This document shows, piece by piece, positions 56,053 to 64,000 of a DNA stretch of 64,000 nucleotides. Within the stretch, counting starts at the first letter, position 1, and every line of letters starts with the position of its first letter. Below the pieces are notes generated by a model, which worked only from the letters and a program-made list of their open reading frames with translations, was not told the DNA's origin and did no database searches. This DNA is from Octopus sinensis. Lineage: Eukaryota. The stretch spans positions 69,378,001-69,442,000 of the forward strand of contig NC_043009.1 of the NCBI RefSeq assembly GCF_006345805.1. Reading direction: 5' to 3'. Position numbers and translations under genes: made by a program.

Positions 56053-57737
56053 TAAATAATAATAATAATAATGAAATTATTGTATACGGTGCTCAGGTGC
56101 ACCACAACTTGTCAAAAGTGCATATAAAGTATATGCAGTAATGTACAAATGTCTGAGAAGTGAACAATGTATGAGCCAGATACATGCCTGTGTGTGTATG
56201 GAGGGGAGAAAATCAAGTGTAGTGTTGGCGAATCTCAGGAAGCATGGAAGTTTTGAAGGATGCAGTGCTCCAACAACTAACAACCGATGCCGGCAGTTTG
56301 TTCCATGCTTCAGCAACTCTTAGCGTGAAACAATGTTTCCGAAAGTCATGGGAGCTGTGCTGTTTTCTGACTTTGTAAACATGTCTACGGGTGTTAGACA
56401 GGTGGAGTTTGAAAAGGTGCTCAGAGTTATTGTTTGTAAGATGGTTAACAATTTTATGGGTGTTTGCCAAGTCAGCTGCCAGACGTCGGAGTTTCAATGT
56501 GTCCATGCCCAGGGAAGTAAGGCGTTCAGAATATGGCAAATACCTGACAGAGGGTATTCTTTTGGTTGCACGTCGCTGAACGGCTTTCAGACGATTAATA
56601 TCCTGGGCAAGATAGGGGTTCCAGACCGGTGATGCAAATTCCAGGTGAGGTCTTACCATAGCTATATAAAGCCGCAGATAGATAGCCGGAGAGCGGCTAA
56701 CAAAGGATTTGGTGAGTGATGCCAAGACACCCTTAGCCTTCTTGACAATTTTAGCGATGTGTTTTGTCCAACACAAATCACTGTCGACAATAACGCCCAG
56801 GTCACGTTCGCAAGAAGACGTTTTTGAGATTAGCGTTGTGGAGGGAGTAAGTAGACGCTGGGTTTTTCCTCCCAAAATGCATGGTGGTACATTTGTCCAC
56901 AGCCAGCTTGAGTTGCCAGTCCATGATCCACTGCTGCATTGTGTCCAGGTCTGATTGCAATAGAGATCTATAGTGTACAGGATCTGTCCTCTTTATTTCG
57001 AGGTACAGCTTGATGTCATCTGCATATTTCAGCACTGTGGCATTCTTTAAGTTGGCATCTATGTTATTAACATATGCAACAAATAAAAGGGGGCCAAGAA
57101 CAGATCCCTGTGGTACACCAGATGTCATCTCATAGGGTGAAGAGTGCTGTCCTAGAACTGTGACAACCTCTTTTCGGCCGATAATAAAGGACTTCAACCA
57201 GTTATAGAGATCGTCTCTTACACCCATCACAGAGAGTTTCACCATAAGTCTTTTGTGTGGCACAGAATTAAAAGCCTTAGCAAAGTCCAGGTAAACAACA
57301 TCCATCCAGGATCTGCGGTCAGTGATTTGGGTAATGTCCTCAAGAAACACGATGAGTTGATTACAGCAGCTGGAGTTAGGAGTAAATCCGAATTGTGACG
57401 GCTGGATGAGGCTGTGAGACTTCCAGAAGTTCCAGAGGGTTTCCCTGACACAGGATTCCATCAGTTTGGCGATGCAGCTAGTAAGACTAACGGGGTGATA
57501 GTTGACAGGCGATGTGCGGTCACCTTTTTTGAACAGAGGGATAACATTGGCAGTTTTCCACTGCTCTGGAGTAACACCATTGTCAAGACAGAATTGAAAG
57601 AATAGTGAAAGTTGGTTTAGAAGAAAGTACCCACCACGTTTGAGAAGTAGGTATGTAACACCATCGAGACCAGGAGAGGCATAGCTGCGCTTATTCTTAA
57701 GGTGGCGTTGTAGCATTGCTGGTGTAAATGTCATTTT
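56053..57737 (-). mobile_element. 5'-truncated CR1 LINE, RT split by one frameshift
   Basis: ORFs 56802-57734 (LDFAKAFNSV, GVPQGSVLGP, YADD) and 56213-56875. Probable TSD C(C/T)ACAGATTT at 56043-56052 and 57738-57747. Confidence 0.92.
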
Positions 57738-58335
57738 CTACAGATTTAGAGTCAGCGCTGAAAGTTATGATGTTTCATATACGAATATGTCTCTGAAAAC
57801 AATGCGATCGAAGACAGAGAAATAATGAGTGTATTTTCATATTTCAGGAGTATTGCTCCATCTTTAGAACCACATTCGAATAATTAACTATTAACATTAC
57901 GCACATACCAACGATGTTTAGCAGCGTAATACTTTTGGATAGATCAACTTACATATTTTGATTTGACATTCTTAGGGACTTGTAATTACATAATAGGGCA
58001 CAGTTTTCACTTAGGAACCTTTAGTTTATGGTAGTATATTTGCAAAACGAGTTGCAGTAATCCTACAAATGATTAAGAAAATAGAATATTCAGGGGAGGT
58101 AATTACCCAGGGGCTTTTGGCGTTGGTTGTTTCCCTTACATTGATATAGATTAATTGATTGATTGGTGCGCGTCTTTCAGTAGCAGTATTTCCGAATCGA
58201 TGTGTGTGTGTATTAGACGTGTGCACCGTTTAAATTGATGTATATGGAAAGATATGCATTAAAAAAAAGATATTAATATACATAACGGCGCCGTCTACTT
58301 GTATTATGCAGACCATGTGTTGGTGTTAGTATTTA

Positions 58336-58567
58336 GGGCGGCGGGCTGGCAGAAACGTTATTATGCCGGGCGAAATGCTTAGTGGTATTTCGTCTGCTGT
58401 TACGTTCTGAGTTCAAATTCCGCCGAGGTCGACTTTGCCATTCATCCTTTCGGAGTTGATAAATTAAGTACCAGTTACGCACTGGGGTCGATATAATCGA
58501 CTTAATCCGTTTGTCTGTCCTTGTTTGTCCCCTCTGTGTTTAGCCCCTTATGGGCAGTAAAGAAATA
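58336..58567 (+). mobile_element. Full-length family-A SINE
   Basis: Head to GGGCAGTAAAGAAATA tail. Confidence 0.92.
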
Positions 58568-58882
58568 CATATGAGAATACACACATGCACGTACGCGCGC
58601 GTGCACACATCTTTGTATCTCTGTCCACATCTCCGTCTATGTGTATGAATGAGCAGGTGTAAGCCGAGAGATTAAATGAATTGCCATTTATGAACTGAAG
58701 TCATCAAAGATTGAAACCATGCGTTATTCACACGACCACTGAATTTATAAGTTTCGCCAGAATGGTTAACCGCCACGACTGAGTTCTGATCAAGTGACTG
58801 AAGTCGTGGTTCGTCTTAGCAATGGAACGGAGATTTTTGTTGAAAGTTGAACAAGAAACAAATGGAACTGAATTTCCATGAA

Positions 58883-58916
58883 CCGGAAACGACTTACTGT
58901 CCCACAATGCATTACG
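58883..58916. promoter_or_regulatory. Candidate promoter: CCGGAAA next to a Staf/ZNF143-like site TCCCACAATGCATTACG
   Basis: Close match to the recalled SBS consensus YYCCCANNATSCMYYRCR within a CpG-richer patch. No associated gene found. Confidence 0.3.
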
Positions 58917-59528
58917 TTGATTAAAATCTTCTGTCAATGGAATTAATTAAATCATTCAATGGATTAATTAAATCAGTGAATTAATGTAATCAAGTTAATA
59001 ATGGCACATTGTTGAAATAAAATTACCATATTAAAAGAATAGTTTAGACATCCGTTAACGGAATATTGAAGTTTGGGATAACAAGTTTAGAACTGTTTAA
59101 TTTTGTTTGTTTTATTTGTTGACTACATCGTTATATGTGTTAAATAATTGTTTTTTAGTCCACAAAGAAGGACAATATGCTTAGTTTTTCTTTTCTTTTT
59201 CTAGGAACTCTGTGATAAAGTATTTACAACAGTGAAAATGTTATAAATACTTTACGCAAATATAAGTGCTCAGTTTGTTTTACTGGAGGACGTAATTTTC
59301 TTATGCCGAGTTTGAAGAAAATGAGTTGATACCGTAAAATGTGAAAGGTATTTTGGGCTGGCGGGTGGAAATGGAAGATCAAACTGCAACACATCACATT
59401 CTTAAGATAAAGACTTAGATAAAGAATATGGCTCCTAAATACAAGAGACAAGAATGTCATGACTGCAACACGATTCATCACAGTTTCTCAACTGCAACCG
59501 ATTTGGGAAGGCATGAAAACACCAAGAA

Positions 59529-59736
59529 CTTCGAAAGGATTTGGCCAGTGTTGGCCCAGGCCATGTCTAACTTAATAGCACCACTTGACGAAGTCTTTCA
59601 ATTCAGGATTTGGGCACCAAGGCCCATTCGAGAAGAGAGTTATTGTTTGCGAAGACATATCCGGGTGTGGGTGGTTTGTCAGGGACTGCTTGAGGAATTT
59701 GTCCAAAGACTTCTTGAATTTTGTGTGGTCAGTTTC
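59529..59736 (-). mobile_element. CR1-type 3' fragment (same family as 47228-47830)
   Basis: Direct similarity to about 47230-47435. Confidence 0.88.
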
Positions 59737-59819
59737 ACTCCTTGCAACACCTATCTGTGTTCGGTTTGTCCTTACACAGAGGCCATCCGGATTCCCGTTT
59801 GCGCCGTGAACAGGAATTA

Positions 59820-60175
59820 ATCTTCTCTCTTCTCTCTTATATACCATTTGGTCTCAACTCCTCCCCCCTCCTCATCTAACCCCCCTCTCCCCCCTCCTCA
59901 CCTATCCTTTCTCCCCCCGGCCCCTACTTCTTCAGTCCTTCATCCTTTCACCCCTACTCCCCTTCCCTTCTTCCCTCTTTCTCCCTCCCTCTTTCCCTTC
60001 CCTCTGCTCCCTCACTCCCTCTCTCCCCTTCTCTCTCCCTCCCCTCTCCTCTTTCCTCCTTCATCCCCCTCCTCACCTTCCTTCTTCCCCATCGTCTCCT
60101 CTTCCCCCTTCTCCTCCCCCTCTTCTTCCCCTCCCCCTTCTCTCCCCCCTCTTCTCCCCCTCCCCCTCTTCTCCT
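59820..60175. repeat. Polypyrimidine (C/T) low-complexity tract
   Basis: Read directly; the Pro/Ser-rich and Gly/Arg/Glu-rich ORFs here are artefacts. Confidence 0.93.
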
Positions 60176-60224
60176 CACTACAACCACATGACTTACACAT
60201 CACATCACATATGCCATACTAATA

Positions 60225-60540
60225 CACACACCCTAATACATACTAATACGTACTAATACATACTAGTACATACTATACTTACACCAACCACCCTACATAC
60301 ACACGTCCAGACCCCGCATACGCAACTTATACTCTCTCTCACACACACACACACACCTATACATACCAATACGTACTAATACATACTAATACATACTAAT
60401 ACATACACCAACCCCATACGTACGCACGTCCAGACCAATCTTACGCACTAATACTCTCTCATACACACACACACACACACCCGTATACATACTAATACAT
60501 ACACCAACCCTATACATACACACATCCAGACCCCTCCCAC
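60225..60540. repeat. Hierarchical minisatellite (CATACTAATA units within a unit of about 115-125 bp, about 2.5 copies)
   Basis: CCAACC...ACGTCCAGACC...TACTCTCTC(AC)n recurs. Confidence 0.75.
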
Positions 60541-60711
60541 GCACTTTTAGCTGGCCTCAACCCTTTTATCAACCCTATTATCTCCCCTTATTTCGCTCTC
60601 GCGTCTCATGTTTGATCTTTGACCTCTGGCCGAAATCAGATCGCCATGTTGATTCGTTAGCTACTGCACGCATTTTTTTCTCTCCTTCTTTCTGTGTTTT
60701 TCTCTCTCTCT

Positions 60712-60752
60712 GTATCTTCTGTTGAAGAGCGTAGGCTCGAAACGTTAAAGAC
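60712..60752 (+). ncRNA. Hammerhead-like motif with non-canonical core, in a (TA)n-anchored repeat (about 60560-60847)
   Basis: UCUU CUGUUGA A GAGC-GUAG-GCUC GAAA CGUU AAAGAC. Helix II 4 bp and AACGUU palindrome, but A6>U and a weak helix I. Confidence 0.45.
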
Positions 60753-60847
60753 TTGTTTTATTATATTTCCTGAGCGCCATACTAATACAATTGTTCGTTG
60801 TCTTCCACCTGCCTTCGTCTTTTGTTTATTTTCATAAAGCTTCCCGT

Positions 60848-60882
<35 letters not shown>

Positions 60883-61039
60883 TCGAGTTAGTAAATGTTT
60901 TTATCTTCATTTCACTAAATTTATCTAGCTTCTGTGTTCCTAGCACATATTTCGCCTTAATGTACTGATATATGAAAATATATGGCTTGTGCTAGAAATA
61001 CCAGCGATAATGATTATTTTTATTTTCGTAATTTGACTT

Positions 61040-61102
<63 letters not shown>

Positions 61103-61103
<1 letters not shown>

Positions 61104-61430
61104 GAAATATTAAAATTACTAAGTCTCTATAAAAGAGATTACGGCAGCGTTTACTGGAAATTAATTGTTATCGCCATATTAATATGGCATTCTTATAGAT
61201 ATAAGAATAATCGCTGCCGCTGGTCAGCTCCATGAGGCCACCGCCTTAAGATAGCTATTGATACACGATCTGTATCCATTATAACCTTCGAACAAGGGAG
61301 GTCAGCCGCTTCACACTGCCAGTCCGACAGCTACAGACGCGTTTCGGGGTATTGCCCCTTGTCAATGTAGCGCAGTCAGACCGCAGGTGTCGCCACTGAC
61401 GTCTCTGTTCGAAGGTTTATATTTACCTAG
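61103..61430 (-). mobile_element. (TA)n-anchored structured element with a hammerhead at the tip of a long hairpin
   Basis: Shares its left part with 49686-49828. 61283-61335 pairs imperfectly with 61366-61417. Confidence 0.65.
61330..61371 (-). ncRNA. Minimal type-I hammerhead ribozyme, U3-A8 variant core
   Basis: Minus strand: GCUACA UUGACAA GGGG-CAAUA-CCCC GAAA CGCGU C/ UGUAGC. Helix I 6 bp perfect, helix II 4 G-C pairs, helix III palindrome ACGCGU, GUC triplet. Confidence 0.78.
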
Positions 61431-62164
61431 TTTCAGTTCATAAATGGCAATTCACTCCATCTCTCAGCTTACACGTTCACATTCATACACATACACATAT
61501 ATGTAGATGTGTACATAAATACAAACATGTGTGCACGCGCGCGTACGTGTGTGTGTGCGCGCGCATGCATGCGTGCGTGAATTCTCATATATATGATTAC
61601 TCTAAATACATAGGAATGGATTCGTTGGAAAATTTGGACCTATATATATATATATATATATATATATAACAAAGTGGAGTTGTAGGGTACCGCATGAGTG
61701 GAATTATATACGAAAGAAGGTTTGAAAATGCAATTTGAAAGATGTTTATTTACTTTACCGGTTTCACTCTTTGGAAAAAGATTGTCAAAAGTAACATGGA
61801 GAAGTTTGGTTGCGTTAATTATTGGTTGTTGCAAATTGCTACATTACATATATGCAGTCTTTGGTAACAGGGACATGTTAAGGACATAAAAAAGTTTAAC
61901 AAGTTCCTTAAAATATTGGGTACAAAAGATTACTACATAAATAATCATTCTCAAGGACATGCTTAGATAGTTTCCAGAAGGAATTGATATTGGTATTGGT
62001 CTTGTATCTGTATATTCAAACATGTACAGAATATTGGTTGACACAGAGTACCACAATCCACATAAATATACATTCTTTGGTGACAAGAGCATGTTGAGAA
62101 TATAAAAGAGTTTAACAATATTCTGTGCATGTTTGAATATACAAAAACAATACCTCTTCAATGT

Positions 62165-62790
62165 CAATGTAGGTAATGGATGCAGTCTTTTTTCTGCTGA
62201 GTGATGTTGTCAAAGAAATCAGCTGGGGTCCTTTATCTGCCAGGGACTCAGAGGAGAAGTGAAAACACTCTTGAATTGCGCACTGAGCACTTCACTTATC
62301 CATTTGGGGTCCACAGTCAGTGAGCCATTAGGCAGGAATAGGGGTCCTATTTTGTACTGTGCCGTGGCAGTCTCCTTTGCAAATCTATAGAAAGCCTTGG
62401 GGTTTGTTTTTATGCTTTCTACTGCTCTCTTCTCCTTCTCCGCTCTCTCCTTTTCATGGTAGAGTTTAATTTTGTTTTCTATTTCTAACAGTGTTAATTT
62501 TAATTTAGACCTTTTCCTATCCCCCAAGGTTTCTTATTCAACTGGTTTGAGACCTTTGTTCTGTGTCTCATAAGGATTTTCCTGTCTCTGGGAATTCTAT
62601 TGGCATGTTTGCCGGCCTTTCCTTCTGGCACATATTTGGTGCATATGTCTTGTATAGAAAGGCTGTCACGCCAGTTTTGATTTCGAATCTCTTTGCCAAT
62701 TGACTTCCAGTCCGCCCTGAGGAAATTCAGGTTGGATATGGCTTGAGTCCTCCCGATGGTGGGGTGGGTGTCAGCGGGTTGTCTAGGACC
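62165..62790 (-). mobile_element. CR1-type LINE fragment (region between EN and RT)
   Basis: NLNFLRADW and IKTNPKAFYRFAK...IGPL...LSAQFKSVF motifs. Confidence 0.75.
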
Positions 62791-62839
62791 ATACATGGTT
62801 CTGGGTTCAGTCCCACTGTGTGGTGACTTGGAAGGACAG

Positions 62840-64000
62840 CATATGTTCAAAAAGATTTCCAAGGAGGTTCCTACAAGAAACTCAGACAGGTGCTGATGGG
62901 TATCCATCATACAGACGCAGAAAACCAGAAGGCGGAGGTTTCACAGCAACTATCGGACAGCACGATATTGATAATAGATGGATTGTTCCATACTGCCCAC
63001 TCCTGTCAAAGACTTTCAATGCCCACATCAACGTTGAGTTTTGCAACTCCGTTAAATCCATCAAGTACGTTTGCAAATATGTAAACAAGGGTTCTGACGC
63101 TGCAATGTTTGGACTTCAACAACAATACTGCCATGATGTGGTGACGCTTTATCAGGTGGGACGGTACATAAGTAGCAACGAGGCTTTCTGGCGCATCTTT
63201 GGCTTTCCAATTCACCCCGCCATTCAACAGCTTGCAGTGCACCTGGAAAATGGTCAAAGAGTGTACTTCACCGATGCTAATGCTTTTCTGTTGATAGATG
63301 AACCAAGGGATAGTACACTCACTGCATTCTTCAAGCTTTGTCAAGTGGATCCATTCGCTCAAACCTTGCTGTATCCACAGATTCCATCGTGCTACACTTG
63401 GAATGGAAAAAAATGGGCCCCACGGAAAGCAGGTCAAAATGTTCATGGGTACCCTGGCATTAAGTTTCACACTTGCCTTGGGCGAGTATACACAGTGCAT
63501 CCCACTCAACAAGAGTGCTTCTACCTTCGTCTACTACTGCATGAGGTCAGAGGGCCAATGTATTTCCAGGCCCTAAAAACCGTTCATGGACATGTCTGCA
63601 CAACATACAGAGAAGCCTGCTATCGACAAGGTCTGTTAGAAGATGGTGCACAATGGGATGCAAGCTCAACTGCTCTATCCTGACATGGAGGGTATCAGCA
63701 ATGAAATCTATAACAAAACACTCATTGACATTGCTAAACTGGGTGGAAATGAATTGTCCATATATGGCCTGCCACAAGCATTCAGGTCAGGGTCAAATAG
63801 CCTTCCCACTGCTGTCATTCGTGAAACAACCTACGACACTCAAGCGCTTTCAGAGTACATTGTTGAAAATGAGCCTAAATTACTTCCGGATCAGCTGCAG
63901 GCCTACAGAACTATTCTTAACAGTGTACGCCAACGCGTGGGACGAACTTCTTCCTCGATGCTCCTGGAAGGACAGGAAAAACATTTATTACAAAGCTTCT
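62840..64000 (+). mobile_element. Helitron RepHel remnant, running off the window edge
   Basis: DNRWIVPY, HINVEFC, KYVCKYVNKG, RYISSNEAFWRI, YLRLLL and FFLDAPGRTGKTF (PIF1 Walker A, about 63947-63985); contains stops and frameshifts. Confidence 0.92.

Noticed and set aside
60925-60995. CTAGCAC/GTGCTAG stem with GGCGAAA on the minus strand
   Set aside because: The CUGANGA half is missing altogether; may be a deleted ribozyme but cannot be supported.

Overview
AT-rich, microsatellite- and transposon-dense eukaryotic DNA, most likely an octopus or other coleoid cephalopod. This is inferred from the C2H2 zinc-finger style, the SINE/RTE/CR1 families and the (TA)n/(CAT)n tracts. Two host genes lie head-to-head. 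The first is a C2H2 zinc-finger ORF (321-1340, minus). The second is a complete 9-exon TMEM184C orthologue that I reconstructed by hand (9002-41883, plus, 503 aa; all GT-AG junctions keep frame). The rest is mobile DNA: a near-intact RTE LINE in intron 3, many RTE and CR1 fragments, an R4/Dong-type fragment, a gypsy remnant with its 3' LTR, mariner and Tigger fragments, a Helitron remnant, several MITEs and tRNA-derived SINEs. The most striking unexplained structure is a set of short, mutually unrelated repeats that each carry a minimal type-I hammerhead ribozyme fold with a palindromic (dimer-type) helix III. In each, the cleavage site lies about 100-235 nt upstream of a (TA)n tract. The three best folds use three different Watson-Crick pairs at core positions 3-8 (C-G, G-C, U-A). 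Also notable are a gag-only element enclosed by ~520-bp inverted repeats, a 28S rRNA fragment near exon 4, and stacked fold-back elements just downstream of TMEM184C. All calls were made by eye; no searches or folding programs were run.
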